NCBI GenBank assembly: GCA_964583095.1
Contig: CAZOVB010000001.1
Coordinates: forward strand, 63,940 to 127,939
Length of the DNA: 64,000 bases
Direction of reading: 5' to 3'
Source: an uncultured Planctomycetaceae bacterium
GTDB lineage: Bacteria > Planctomycetota > Phycisphaerae > SM23-33
This document shows positions 19,749 to 30,166 of this stretch, in pieces (within the stretch, counting starts at the first letter, position 1; each line of letters opens with the position of its first letter). Both the position numbers and the translations under genes were made by a program. A model generated the notes under the pieces. That model was given only the letters and a program-made list of their open reading frames with translations. It was not told the DNA's origin and made no database searches.

Positions 19749-20720
19749 ATGAAGGAACGCTCTGCAATCGTCCGCCGGGGGTCTGTCTGGCTGGCCCTTG
19801 CGCTTGCCCTGGCCGGCGCGACGGCTGGCGCGCAGCAGGAATCGGAGCCCAGCGCCGGTCAGGAGGATCCTTTACCCCTGTTGATCAGTCCTGATGCGAT
19901 CGATATGCCCGAATCGCTCCGACAGCTTCTCGGGGATGTCTCGGAAGGTGGACGCTGGCAGGAAAAGGGCCTGGGCAAACTGATCTCCCACGCAGCTTCG
20001 CTGGAGGATCTCGGCCCGGAGCAGATCAACGACCTGGAATCCCCGAGTTACGCCAAACTGCTGGCCGCCCAGCGTGCCTACCGGGGTCAGGCCATCCGCC
20101 TGACGTTCACTCCCCGGCTCGTAACGCGTCACGAACCCTCGGCCAGGATCCCTGCCTCAAACCCCTTCTGGATTCTCCGCGGCTTCTTCCATGAAGAAGA
20201 GTTGGAGTGGGACCAGCCGGTGGTTGTCATCAGCACGTTTGACCCGGTCGGAGTTCTTGGCAAGCCCAGCAGCACCCGGCCCGACGGCGGGTTCCTTTAC
20301 GAAAGCCCGAAGCTTTACAAGGTCAACATCGTAGGTGTTCTGTTCAAGGTAGCCGACGAACCCATGGGCGATATGCGGACGGGGGAGATAGAAGGTACGA
20401 AACGCACGCCCGTCATCGTAGCCTGGCAGGCGTATCAGAAGACCTCCACTTCCGGGAGCACTTCCAGCCAGCTTCCAATTGCCATCGCGGGCATCGCTCT
20501 GTGCATTCTGGGGCTCTTTTACGTCGGGAGAAGGTACCTCAAGCAGTTGCGGTCCAACCGCAGCAGGGAAACCCCGGTCGAAAGGTACCGCCGCGAGCGA
20601 CAGGCCCGGCAGGAAATGGATGATTCCCAGGAGGATGAGCAGCCCCGCGTGGATCAGGACCTCATCCAGGCCGCAAAAGAGTACCGCAAGGAGCATCCCG
20701 TTGATCAGCAGGAGCGTTGA
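19749..20720 (+). CDS. Hypothetical secreted protein with C-terminal membrane anchor and charged tail
   Basis: Signal peptide (VWLALALALAGATAGAQQ). C-terminal TM (LPIAIAGIALCILGLFYVG) then R/E-rich tail. Same strand, directly after the sigma/anti-sigma pair. Confidence 0.5.
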   Translation: MKERSAIVRRGSVWLALALALAGATAGAQQESEPSAGQEDPLPLLISPDAIDMPESLRQLLGDVSEGGRWQEKGLGKLISHAASLEDLGPEQINDLESPSYAKLLAAQRAYRGQAIRLTFTPRLVTRHEPSARIPASNPFWILRGFFHEEELEWDQPVVVISTFDPVGVLGKPSSTRPDGGFLYESPKLYKVNIVGVLFKVADEPMGDMRTGEIEGTKRTPVIVAWQAYQKTSTSGSTSSQLPIAIAGIALCILGLFYVGRRYLKQLRSNRSRETPVERYRRERQARQEMDDSQEDEQPRVDQDLIQAAKEYRKEHPVDQQER

Positions 20721-21801
20721 CGTCCGGCTTCCCTCCCACCGCTACGAGGTCCGCATCCAGCCGGGCCTGCTCGAAAGCGTCGGGGACTTCGTAAATAAAC
20801 TGCCCGGTGTTTCCAGCATTGTAATTGTCAGTGACAGCAACGTGGCCGATCTCTACGGCCGGGCGTTGCTGGACTCCCTTGCCAGGGGCGGTCTGAAAGC
20901 GAATCTCCTGAGGTTTCAGGCCGGGGAGCAGCACAAGACCCTCTCCACCTGCTCGGAGATGTTCGACAGGCTTTTCTCCCTGGAGCCGGCCCTGGACCGC
21001 TCCAGTCTGCTGATCACCCTCGGAGGCGGCGTGCCCGGTGACCTGGGCGGGTTCCTGGCCGCAACCGCCCTGCGCGGGATCCGATTCCTCCAGTGCCCCA
21101 CCTCCCTGCTGGCTGCGGTGGATGCCTCCACCGGAGGAAAAACCGGCGTGGACCACGCGGCCGGGAAGAACCTCATCGGCGCGTTCCATCAGCCCGTGGG
21201 TGTTCTCATCGACCCTTTGTGTTTGAAGTCGCTGCCCTCGGAAGAGTTCAAAAGCGGCCTGGCCGAGTGCGTCAAGCACGCGGTCATCCGATCGGCGGAT
21301 CTGATGGAATTGCTCGAATCGCGTCGGGAGCAGATGCTCTGTTTGGATCCCGAGGCCTTGACCGAGTTGATCGCCGCCAACGTGCAGATCAAGGCCGATG
21401 TGGTTGTCGCCGACGAGCGGGAGCAGTCCCTGCGGGCGATACTGAACTACGGGCACACGTTCGGCCACGCCTTCGAAACGCAGATGGGCTATGGCCAGAT
21501 CACACACGGCCAGGCGGTCGCCTGGGGAATGGTGGCTGCCAACTGTGTCGCGGTTTCCCGTGGCCTGTTGGACGAGGCCGCAGCCGGCCGGGTGGTCAAT
21601 CTGCTCGATGCTCTTGGTCTCTCGACGCGGCCCGGGAAGTTCGGACTCGATGACGTCTGGGCCCGGATGCTCCATGACAAGAAGACGCGCGGGGGCAGGG
21701 TCAAGCTCATCCTGCCTTCCGAAATCGGCCAGGTGGAGATCTTCGACGACCTGAGCCGGGAGGAAGTCGCCGGAGCCCTGAAGAAGCTTTGGGGGGAATG
21801 A
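20703..21801 (+). CDS. aroB: 3-dehydroquinate synthase
   Basis: GGGVPGDLGGFLAA..KTGVDH..NLIGAFHQP..NYGHTFGHAFE motifs. The real start is uncertain (about 20703, TTG) because the upstream part of the 20479 ORF overlaps the previous gene. Confidence 0.85.
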
Positions 21802-21861
21802 TTTGCATTGTCTGCGGTCGTGAAGTAAGCTCACTTCCTCACTCGGGAACCGGACACCTTC

Positions 21862-22899
21862 ATGGACGCCAGCAGCGCAGCAATCGATACATCCGGCGTG
21901 GACCTGGGCGTGGAAATCGCCTCGGTTCCGCTGGCCAACCCCCTCATGACCGCCAGCGGCACCTGTGGCTACGCGGATGAATACGCCGATTTCGTGGACC
22001 TCACGGGCCTGGGCGCCTTTGTGACCAAGTCGATCACGGCCAAGCCCCGCATCGGCAACGAATACCCGCGAGTGGTGGAAACCCGCGCAGGAATGCTCAA
22101 CGCCATCGGCTTGGCCAATGTCGGCCTGGAGGTCTTCCTGGAAGAAAAGGTCCCGCAACTGGAGGCCCTGGGGCTGCCGGTGTTTGTCAATGTGGCCGGC
22201 ACGAAGATCGAGGACTACCTGGAAGTGGCCCGGGCCCTGGAAGAAGTCCGGATCGTCCGCGGCATCGAGCTGAACATCTCTTGCCCGAATGTCAAGCAAG
22301 GCGGGATCCAGTTCGGCGTGGACCCTGACCAGGTGGCGAAGATCACAGCCCGACTGCGACAGGTGTGTCAGAAGAACATCCTGATCGTCAAGCTTTCGCC
22401 AAACGTATCGGACATCACGACTACGGCCCGTGCGGCCGTCGAAGCCGGCGCCGACGCCCTGAGTTTGATCAACACCTTCACAGCGATGGCCATCGACATC
22501 GAGCGTCGCCGCCCGATCCTGGCCAATGGAACGGGGGGCCTGTCGGGCCCGGCCATTCGACCCATTGCCGTCCAGATGGTCCACCGGGTTTATTCCCAGG
22601 TCGCCAGGCCTGCGGGGATTCCCCTGATCGGCATGGGAGGCATACAATACGCGCGAGACGCGATCGAATTCCTGCTGGCCGGCGCGACCGGCCTGGCCAT
22701 CGGCACGGCGCTGTTCGTGGACCCGGGCTGTATTACCCGCATCCGGGAGGGCATCGCCGACTACCTGCTGCGACATGGGCACCGCGGCATCGATGAGATA
22801 ATCGGGACGCTTCAGATCCCCGGCCCCGAAGGACCTGGAGCCTCTCAGCAGTCCCCCGGGCGAATGGACGCCGACGGCGCGACAAGACGGGGGTTGTGA
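21862..22899 (+). CDS. pyrD: Dihydroorotate dehydrogenase (class 1-type catalytic subunit)
   Basis: NPLMTASGTCGY..NISCPN..SGPAIRPIAV..GMGGI motifs. Confidence 0.85.
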   Translation: MDASSAAIDTSGVDLGVEIASVPLANPLMTASGTCGYADEYADFVDLTGLGAFVTKSITAKPRIGNEYPRVVETRAGMLNAIGLANVGLEVFLEEKVPQLEALGLPVFVNVAGTKIEDYLEVARALEEVRIVRGIELNISCPNVKQGGIQFGVDPDQVAKITARLRQVCQKNILIVKLSPNVSDITTTARAAVEAGADALSLINTFTAMAIDIERRRPILANGTGGLSGPAIRPIAVQMVHRVYSQVARPAGIPLIGMGGIQYARDAIEFLLAGATGLAIGTALFVDPGCITRIREGIADYLLRHGHRGIDEIIGTLQIPGPEGPGASQQSPGRMDADGATRRGL

Positions 22900-22944
22900 G
22901 CTTGAGACTCCCGCCGCCGCGATGGCAGGCAGGAGGCTCGCGCA

Positions 22945-22975
22945 TAGAATAATATCTAAGGGTTTGTGGTAGAAT
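22945..22975 (+). promoter_or_regulatory. AT-rich island with two TAGAAT (-10-like) hexamers upstream of the glycosyltransferase gene
   Basis: cgcaTAGAATaatatctaagggtttgtggTAGAATacat read directly. Unusual AT-rich patch in otherwise GC-rich DNA. Confidence 0.3.
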
Positions 22976-23011
22976 ACATAGGGGAACAGCCGCAATATGA
23001 CGAGGTCAAAG

Positions 23012-24403
23012 ATGAGAGTTTTCATGCTAGGTTGGGAGTTTCCTCCGCATATCAGTGGAGGCCTGGGCACGGCCTGTTTCGGCCTGACCCGCGCCCTGGA
23101 CGAAATGGGCGTGCAGGTCAGCTTTGTGCTGCCCCAGGCGGTCGAGGGCGACAAGGCCAGCCACGTGAAGCTTCGTGGCCCCACGTCCCTGCTGGAATCT
23201 CCCGAGCCCACCGGTCAAGACTCCGGAAGCCATAGCCCGACGCAATCCACGCCGGAAGAAACTGCCGGCCGGTTCCAGCACCTCAAACGCTATGATCTGC
23301 CTGTGCCCGGCTCGGCCTATGCCTCGCCCCAGGGTTACAACGAACTGGTCAGAAAGCTGATCGCCGAAGCCGCCAAGAGCGGCATTTCCGATATGAACGC
23401 CCTGTTGGAGAACCTCGCAAAGGGCGATGCCCCCCAGGGCAATGCCGAACTCTTTGCCGACCTGGGCCCCCATTACGAAGGCAATATGATGGACAAAGTC
23501 CATCGATACAGCCGACTGGCGGTCGAACTGGCCCGACGCGAGCAGTTCGACATCATCCACGCCCATGACTGGATGACCTATCCGGCAGGGCAGTCCGTTT
23601 CGGCCTTTACCGGCAAGCCCCTGGTGGTCCACGTACACTCAACGGAATTCGACCGATCCGGCGAGAATGTCGACCAGCGTGTTTACGATATCGAACGCAG
23701 CGGAATGCACGCAGCCGAAAAGGTCATCTGCGTCAGCTACCTGACCAAGAACATTCTGATGGCCCGGTATGGGGTCCCGGAGGAGAAAATCTCCGTCGTC
23801 TACAACGCCACCGATTTCCAGAACGAGACCGGCCAGAGCATCCGCCCCATCGGCCAGGATGAGAAAATCGTCCTGTTCCTCGGACGCGTCACCATGCAGA
23901 AGGGCCCGGAATACTTCCTGATGGCCGCCAAGAAGGTCATTGAGAAGTTCCCCAAGGTTCGGTTTGTGATGGCCGGCAGCGGAGATATGATCACCCAGTG
24001 CATCCGCCTCTGCGCCGATCTACGCCTGGGTGGACATGTAACTTTCACCGGTTTTCTGAAGGGAGAAGACGTTCGCAGGATCTTCTCCATGGCTGACCTG
24101 TACGTAATGCCGAGTGTCAGCGAGCCCTTCGGCATCGCGCCGCTGGAGGCGCTGAGCCACAATGTTCCGGTGATCATCTCCAAGCAGTCGGGCGTCTCGG
24201 AAGTCTTGACGCACGTTCTGAAGGTCGATTTCTGGGATATCGACGAGATGGCCAACAAGATCCTCGCGGTCCTGCGGCATCCGCCCCTTCAGCGGACGCT
24301 GCGCCAGCACGGACAGTTCGAACTGCACAAGCTTTCCTGGTCGGACTCGGCCTGGAAGGTCCTTGAGGCCTACAAAGAGGTACTTGCCCGGCAGGTGAGT
24401 TGA
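23012..24403 (+). CDS. Glycosyltransferase (GT4/GT5, glycogen-synthase-like)
   Basis: MRVFMLGWEFPPHISGGLGTAC N-terminus typical of ADP/UDP-glucose alpha-glucan synthases. C-terminal EPFGIAPLEA motif. Confidence 0.75.
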   Translation: MRVFMLGWEFPPHISGGLGTACFGLTRALDEMGVQVSFVLPQAVEGDKASHVKLRGPTSLLESPEPTGQDSGSHSPTQSTPEETAGRFQHLKRYDLPVPGSAYASPQGYNELVRKLIAEAAKSGISDMNALLENLAKGDAPQGNAELFADLGPHYEGNMMDKVHRYSRLAVELARREQFDIIHAHDWMTYPAGQSVSAFTGKPLVVHVHSTEFDRSGENVDQRVYDIERSGMHAAEKVICVSYLTKNILMARYGVPEEKISVVYNATDFQNETGQSIRPIGQDEKIVLFLGRVTMQKGPEYFLMAAKKVIEKFPKVRFVMAGSGDMITQCIRLCADLRLGGHVTFTGFLKGEDVRRIFSMADLYVMPSVSEPFGIAPLEALSHNVPVIISKQSGVSEVLTHVLKVDFWDIDEMANKILAVLRHPPLQRTLRQHGQFELHKLSWSDSAWKVLEAYKEVLARQVS

Positions 24404-24588
24404 CGTTGCCCCGGCCTGAGGCTTGCCTTTGCATCAGGCAGTAGTGAAAGCTCCCGCAATTGGCCGATACAATGACGTAAGCCCATAGCTGCCCCCCCGG
24501 ACCCAGGACCTGCGCTGCCGGATGCGGCCAGGACGGGCCCGCCGGCCACGACATACAGGATTTTCTCAGGAAGGACTCATCGCGAAAA

Positions 24589-25782
24589 ATGGCTTCGGTC
24601 GTCTTCTATTTCCAGGTGCATCAGCCGTTCCGGCTTCGACGCTACACCATCTTCGACAGTGATCCAGGCTACTTCGACTCCTACCGAAACGAGGAAATCC
24701 TGCGCAAAGTAGCCACTAAATGCTACCTGCCGGCCAACCAGGTCATGCTCGACCTCGTTCGCGAGCACGAGGGGCGTTTCCGGATCAGCTACAGTCTGAC
24801 CGGAACCGTCATCGAGCAATTCCAGAACTGGGCACCGGAGGTCATGGACAGCTTCCGCCGCCTGGCCGAGACCGGCTGCGTCGAGTTCATCTCCGAAACC
24901 TGGTATCACAGCCTCTCGTTCCTCTATGACCGTGAGGAGTTCATCTCCCAGACGCTCGAGCACCGAAAGCTCATGGAGGATCTGTTCGGCCAGACGCCCC
25001 GGATCTTCCGAAACACCGAACTGACCTACAACAACGATGTAGCCAAGGTCGTCGACGACATGGGCTTCGATGCCATCCTCACTGAAGGCGCCGATTACAT
25101 CCTGGGCTACCGCAGCCCCAATTTCATCTACAATCCGCCCAACTGCGCCAACCTGCGCATGCTTCTCAAGAACTACCGGCTCAGCGACGACATCGCCTTC
25201 CGCTTTTCCAACCGGGGCTGGAAGGAATGGCCCCTCAAGGCCGAACGGTTCGCCTCCTGGGTCGACCAGATCAACGGAAACGGGTACGTCTGCAACCTGT
25301 TCATGGACTACGAAACCTTCGGCGAACACCAGTGGGCCGATACCGGAATCTTCGAGTTCCTCCGCGCGCTTCCAGGGGCCGTCATGCAGACCGGCAAGAA
25401 TGATTTCCTTACCGTCTCCCAAGCCGTAGCCAAGTATCCAACCGTCGGCGAGATCGACGTGCCCCACATGATCTCCTGGGCCGACACGGAGCGGGACCTC
25501 TCGGCCTGGCTGGGCAACAGCATGCAGGCCAATGCCCTCCACGACGTCTACGCCCTTGCTCCGGAGGTCCTGGCCTCCGGGGACGAGGTGCTTATCAGTG
25601 ACTGGCGAAAGCTCCAGACCTCGGACCATTTCTACTATATGTGCACCAAATGGTTCGCCGACGGAGACGTACATAAATACTTCAATCCCTACCAGTCCCC
25701 CTACGACGCATACATAAACTATATGAATATCCTCGACAGTGTTCGGGGCAGAATCGCCGGCCACAAGAAGGCCGCCCCTTGA
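24589..25782 (+). CDS. Glycoside hydrolase family 57 protein
   Basis: VVFYFQVHQPFR N-terminal GH57 signature. TWYHSLSFLY. 397 aa. Confidence 0.8.
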   Translation: MASVVFYFQVHQPFRLRRYTIFDSDPGYFDSYRNEEILRKVATKCYLPANQVMLDLVREHEGRFRISYSLTGTVIEQFQNWAPEVMDSFRRLAETGCVEFISETWYHSLSFLYDREEFISQTLEHRKLMEDLFGQTPRIFRNTELTYNNDVAKVVDDMGFDAILTEGADYILGYRSPNFIYNPPNCANLRMLLKNYRLSDDIAFRFSNRGWKEWPLKAERFASWVDQINGNGYVCNLFMDYETFGEHQWADTGIFEFLRALPGAVMQTGKNDFLTVSQAVAKYPTVGEIDVPHMISWADTERDLSAWLGNSMQANALHDVYALAPEVLASGDEVLISDWRKLQTSDHFYYMCTKWFADGDVHKYFNPYQSPYDAYINYMNILDSVRGRIAGHKKAAP

Positions 25783-25821
25783 CCGGCACGTAGGACAATC
25801 CAGACCCCAACGGAGGCGATC

Positions 25822-27852
25822 GTGAATCCTGACGATCATCCCATAGAGATGTTACCCGACCCGTTTGCCGTTCAGTGTCCTTCCGGGCAACTGCACGACT
25901 TGCTCTCCAAGGAATGGCTTCTGAGCAATCGCATCGGCTCCTTTGCCTCCTCTTCGGTCATCGGGTGCAATACCCGGCGGTACCATGGGCTGCTGATCGC
26001 CGCAACCCAACCGCCGGTAACACGCTATGCCACCCTGTCCAATCTGATGGAAACCGTGCGCCTCGGCCAGGAGCAGTACGAGCTGGCGACCAATGAATTC
26101 GTCGGAGCCTTTGCCCCCGAAGGCTTTCACCTGCTCGAGCGATTCATCAACGATGTCGCACCGACCTGGCAGTATCGGCTGGGAGACGTGGAGTTGACCC
26201 GCCAGATCATCCTGGAAGAATCCGACAATGCCGTCGCAGTACGGTATCTGGCCCAGGGAGGCTCGGTTGAGCTTGACCTTGCCCCGTTCTTTGCCATGCG
26301 GGACTTCCATCACCTCAGGCAGGTGGGCAGCGGGTTGGAACTGACCTTTGAACATCACCAAAACGATGTGGTCGTCCACGAATACACGCATCACGTCCCG
26401 CCGATCTACATGCAGGTCGAGGGAGGCCGGTTCCATGCAGATCCTGCCTGGTGGTACCGGTTCCAGTATCGACAGGACCTCACGCGTGGACAGGACAGCT
26501 TCGAGGATCTCTGGTCCCCCGGTCAATGGACGATCCATGTCCCCCAGGGCCAATGGGTGCAGTTCAATGCCCGACTCCACAATCCACGGATCGTGGATTT
26601 TGAGGCGAACCTCCAGCGCAGGCGAAGCCGGCTCCAGCAGGTGGTTGACGGCCTGGGACCCGACAGCAACGAGACCCAGCGCCGCCTGGCCATGGCTTCG
26701 ATGGCCTACGTCGTGGAACGGCGATTCCCCGACAGGCCCACCGGACTGACGATCCTGGCCGGCTATCCCTGGTTTGCCGACTGGGGGCGCGACGCCTTCA
26801 TCGCCCTGCCCGGACTGCTGCTGGAGACCGGGCAGTTCGATCAGGCCCGCGATGTTTTCCGCACCTTCGCAGACCACATTCAGGATGGGATGATTCCCAA
26901 TCGCTTCGACGACTATTCCTCCACCAGCCACTACAACTCCATCGATGCCTCGCTCTGGTTCATCCTCGCCGCAGAGCGGTTCATGCAGGCAGCCGACGAC
27001 AAGGAGTTCTGGAAGCAGACCCTTCAGCCTGCCGTGGAGAAGATTCTCAACGCCTACCGCGAAGGAACCCACTTCTCGATCCATGCCGACGGAGACGGCC
27101 TGCTGGAAGGCGGTTCGCAGCACACGCAGCTTACCTGGATGGACGCAGCCTTGGGCGATGAGGTGGTAACCCCCCGCCAGGGCAAACCGGTGGAGGTCAA
27201 TGCCCTCTGGTACTGCGCCCATCGGATTCTGGCCGAACGGGCCAAGGACATCGACGAGGCCGTCTCTGCCGGCGCCGCATCCCTGGCAGAGCGGATCGCA
27301 CGGGCATTCAACGATTCCTTCTGGAACCACGAGTTGGGCTGGCTGCACGATTGCGTCACCTACGGCCAGGCCGACGCGACGCTGCGACCGAATCAGATCC
27401 TGGCCGTCTCCCTGCCCTACAGTCCGCTGGACAAGCAGCGCCAACATGCGGTGGTGTCCATCGTGCTCCAGAAACTCCTGACGCCCATGGGCCTGCGGAC
27501 ACTCTCTCCCGACGACCGGCGCTATCGCAGGCGGTACGGCGGAAGCTGGGAGTCCCGCGACCGCGCCTACCACCAGGGAACCGTCTGGCCCTGGCTGATG
27601 GGACCTTTCATCGAAGCCTATTTGAAGGTCGAAGGCCACGCGCCCCTGTCGGTCGACCAGGCCGGCAAATGGATCGAGCCTCTCAGCGGCCATCTCCACA
27701 AAGCAGGCCTGGGGCATATCAGCGAGATTTTCGATGGCGACGAGCCCCACGAGCCTCGCGGATGCTTTGCCCAGGCATGGTCGGTGGCAGAATTGCTTCG
27801 AGCCAACCGCCTGGTTCATCAGGCCCGCAGAAGGTTGCGGAAAGACAAATAA
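25822..27852 (+). CDS. Glycogen debranching enzyme (amylo-alpha-1,6-glucosidase type, GDE N+C domains)
   Basis: 676 aa. (alpha/alpha)6-barrel C-terminal motifs (GYPWFADWGRD, TWMDA, HQGTVWPWLMGPF). Confidence 0.8.
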   Translation: MNPDDHPIEMLPDPFAVQCPSGQLHDLLSKEWLLSNRIGSFASSSVIGCNTRRYHGLLIAATQPPVTRYATLSNLMETVRLGQEQYELATNEFVGAFAPEGFHLLERFINDVAPTWQYRLGDVELTRQIILEESDNAVAVRYLAQGGSVELDLAPFFAMRDFHHLRQVGSGLELTFEHHQNDVVVHEYTHHVPPIYMQVEGGRFHADPAWWYRFQYRQDLTRGQDSFEDLWSPGQWTIHVPQGQWVQFNARLHNPRIVDFEANLQRRRSRLQQVVDGLGPDSNETQRRLAMASMAYVVERRFPDRPTGLTILAGYPWFADWGRDAFIALPGLLLETGQFDQARDVFRTFADHIQDGMIPNRFDDYSSTSHYNSIDASLWFILAAERFMQAADDKEFWKQTLQPAVEKILNAYREGTHFSIHADGDGLLEGGSQHTQLTWMDAALGDEVVTPRQGKPVEVNALWYCAHRILAERAKDIDEAVSAGAASLAERIARAFNDSFWNHELGWLHDCVTYGQADATLRPNQILAVSLPYSPLDKQRQHAVVSIVLQKLLTPMGLRTLSPDDRRYRRRYGGSWESRDRAYHQGTVWPWLMGPFIEAYLKVEGHAPLSVDQAGKWIEPLSGHLHKAGLGHISEIFDGDEPHEPRGCFAQAWSVAELLRANRLVHQARRRLRKDK

Positions 27853-28667
27853 TGCCCCGCCTGGTCCCGGTTCTGCTGATCCTGCTGCTTCCGCACTGTC
27901 CGTCCGCCTGGGCTCAGGTCGTTCTGGAGTTATCCCCCGGCCCGGGGTCTCAGTACCCGCCGGGACCGTATCGGCCGGTCGTGGTCAAGGCCTCTGCTCA
28001 GGGCTCCAGTCGACTGGAGTCCGTGCAACTGCGGTGGGATGAGGGGGGACCAACCTACATCATCGATCTGCTCGCAGCTCCGGGTACCAGCCAGAGCGCC
28101 CGGATACTGCTTCCTGCCGCCCGGGCACGGCAGCGATACAATGTCCAACTCGAGGGGCGGAACATTCCAGATCCTCACCGGGAAGTAGAACTGGTCTGGG
28201 GCGCGCGCGTCGCGCTGGAACCGTTTCCCGACCCGAAGGTTTATGACCCCTTCCAGCAGGACCTGCCCCGCTGGCCCATATCCCTTCGGCACCACCTCCT
28301 CTGGCTTTCAGGCCTGGCGATCCTGGCTGGGGCGGGCATCTGCCTGGTCAAGACTCCGTGGCGTCGACTGATCCTGGCTGCCGTGCTGACTGCGGGGGTC
28401 TCCACGGGCCTCTGGCTGCTTCTGCGCCCGGTTCCCAGCCTGACCCATCGGGTCTTTCCAACCCGGGTGGGCGCGGAAGAAGTCCCCTTGCACGTCCTGA
28501 CCGCACGCAGGCCGGGCACGTGGACATTCCAGAGCGACAACTACCTGCCCCGCTACCGAAACTTCGGCCAAATCCTCCGCGACCGCAGCGTCATTCATGC
28601 AGGCCGCTACACGCAGGTCCCCCTGGAACCTGAAACCCTCCGCATCTTTCAGCAGGTCGGCCCGTAA
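27852..28667 (+). CDS. Hypothetical membrane protein
   Basis: ATG overlaps the stop of the debranching enzyme gene. Signal peptide plus two TM helices. Confidence 0.45.
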   Translation: MPRLVPVLLILLLPHCPSAWAQVVLELSPGPGSQYPPGPYRPVVVKASAQGSSRLESVQLRWDEGGPTYIIDLLAAPGTSQSARILLPAARARQRYNVQLEGRNIPDPHREVELVWGARVALEPFPDPKVYDPFQQDLPRWPISLRHHLLWLSGLAILAGAGICLVKTPWRRLILAAVLTAGVSTGLWLLLRPVPSLTHRVFPTRVGAEEVPLHVLTARRPGTWTFQSDNYLPRYRNFGQILRDRSVIHAGRYTQVPLEPETLRIFQQVGP

Positions 28668-28838
28668 CAGTCCGTCTGAAAACGGGTCTTGTCGCGCAAT
28701 CGAAGAGGATAGCCGAACAGCAAGAAATGAAATCGAGGGCGGATCCACCCGATCCCAGGTTTTTTGTGACGCCGCCGCACAGGCGATCCGGCCGGTTGCA
28801 GAAGATACATCTTTCCAAAAAGACTGCCGGGGGGAAGC

Positions 28839-29207
28839 TCAGTACCCCTCTTCGCTCTCATCTTCGTCTTGATCATCGGAATCTTCCCAGTCGTCGTCCT
28901 CCTGGAGTTCCACCCGCCGCCCCGCCTCGGACCACAGATCCACATAGGCGGTTTTCTTCGCTTCGGGCCCGGCCAGGATGCCCTCCCGCCAACGGCGAGC
29001 GACCATCCAGAACAGGATCAGCAGCGTCAGACACAGCAGGATCAACAACAGCCAGGCGATCTGCGCCGGGGTTTGCCTTGCTTCGTCCCGGCCCTGCAAG
29101 GAAAGTTTGAATACCAGGCCCAGCGCAACCCCTTGTCCCAACGCCTGGACCACCAGTAGCGAAAGCACAACCCAGAAGCCTTGTTTGCCGAATGTGCGAT
29201 CCGTCAT
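28839..29207 (-). CDS. Small membrane protein with highly acidic C-terminal tail
   Basis: Two TM helices, then EDDDWEDSDDQDEDESEEGY. Start overlaps the stop of the upstream J-domain gene by 4 nt. Confidence 0.4.
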   Translation of the reverse strand: MTDRTFGKQGFWVVLSLLVVQALGQGVALGLVFKLSLQGRDEARQTPAQIAWLLLILLCLTLLILFWMVARRWREGILAGPEAKKTAYVDLWSEAGRRVELQEDDDWEDSDDQDEDESEEGY

Positions 29208-30166
29208 GACCAGGGCACCTCATTGCGAAGATTCTTCTGCTCGCTCTGTTGGAACTGCTCGAGCAGGCGGGCGCCCTGCTCGGAAATCTCCCGGGGGGGA
29301 CGAATCTGAACCACCACGAACTGATCTCCCTTCTGCTGGGTCTTGGGCGAGACGACTCCTCGTTCCCGCAGTCGCAGCTTTCTGCCGCTGGGGCATCCGG
29401 GGGGAATCTTGATCTCCACGGGCCCATCGAGGGTAGGGACTTCAACCGATGCGCCCAAGGTGGCCTCGACGATGTTCAGCGGCAGGTCCACGTAGACGTC
29501 CGACCCCTCACGGCGGAACCACCGGTGGTCCAGGACCCGGATAATGATGAACAGGTCACCGGGGCCTGAAGCGCCCGGCCGACCCTTTCCCTTCACGCGA
29601 ACACGGGCGCCCTGGTCGATTCCGGCAGGGATCTTGAACGTGACCTTCTCATTGTGGGCGCTGCCTTCGGATTCCTGGCGTCGGATGCTGACGGTCCGCT
29701 CGGTTCCCCTGGCTGCCTCTTCGAAGGAGATCTCGAGGGGATATTCGACATCCTGGCCTCGCTGGTTCTTTCGGCTGGACTGCCGGGCCTTGTGGGCATT
29801 TTCCTCTCCGTCGTCCTTCTTCTTGCCCCGAAGCTTGGAGAGAATCTCACGCAGCCCCATCCCCGCAAAGGCTCCGGCCCCCCCGAGGATCTCCTCGATG
29901 CCGACCTTTGTCTGGGGCGCGGGCTGATCCCACTGGGCCGGATTCTCCAACCCGGCGTGGCCGTAGTTGTCGTAGAGCCGACGTTTCCTCGGATCGCAGA
30001 GAATACGATAAGCCTCGGTGGCTTCCTGGAACTTCCGGGCCGCCGAGGGATCCGGGTTGACGTCCGGATGGAACTTCCGGGCGAGTTTGCGGTACGCGCT
30101 CTTGATTGCTTTGCCTGCGGCACCGCGGGAGACACCCAGCACTTCGTAGTAGTCGCGTTTGGCCAT
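29204..30166 (-). CDS. J-domain cochaperone (CbpA/DnaJ class II, no zinc finger)
   Basis: DYYEVLGV..HPD motif, G/F-like segment, DnaJ C-terminal domains. No CxxCxGxG repeats. Confidence 0.85.
   Translation of the reverse strand: MAKRDYYEVLGVSRGAAGKAIKSAYRKLARKFHPDVNPDPSAARKFQEATEAYRILCDPRKRRLYDNYGHAGLENPAQWDQPAPQTKVGIEEILGGAGAFAGMGLREILSKLRGKKKDDGEENAHKARQSSRKNQRGQDVEYPLEISFEEAARGTERTVSIRRQESEGSAHNEKVTFKIPAGIDQGARVRVKGKGRPGASGPGDLFIIIRVLDHRWFRREGSDVYVDLPLNIVEATLGASVEVPTLDGPVEIKIPPGCPSGRKLRLRERGVVSPKTQQKGDQFVVVQIRPPREISEQGARLLEQFQQSEQKNLRNEVPWS

Noticed and set aside
20662-23211. 849 aa minus-strand ORF spanning aroB, pyrD and the GT gene
   Set aside because: It is antisense to three genes with clear family motifs. 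Its translation is low-complexity and R/G/A/P-rich. This is a typical high-GC antisense artefact.
27351-27851. N-terminal 167 aa of the 27351-28667 ORF
   Set aside because: It overlaps the 3' end of the debranching-enzyme gene in another frame. The protein plausibly starts at ATG 27852 with a signal peptide.
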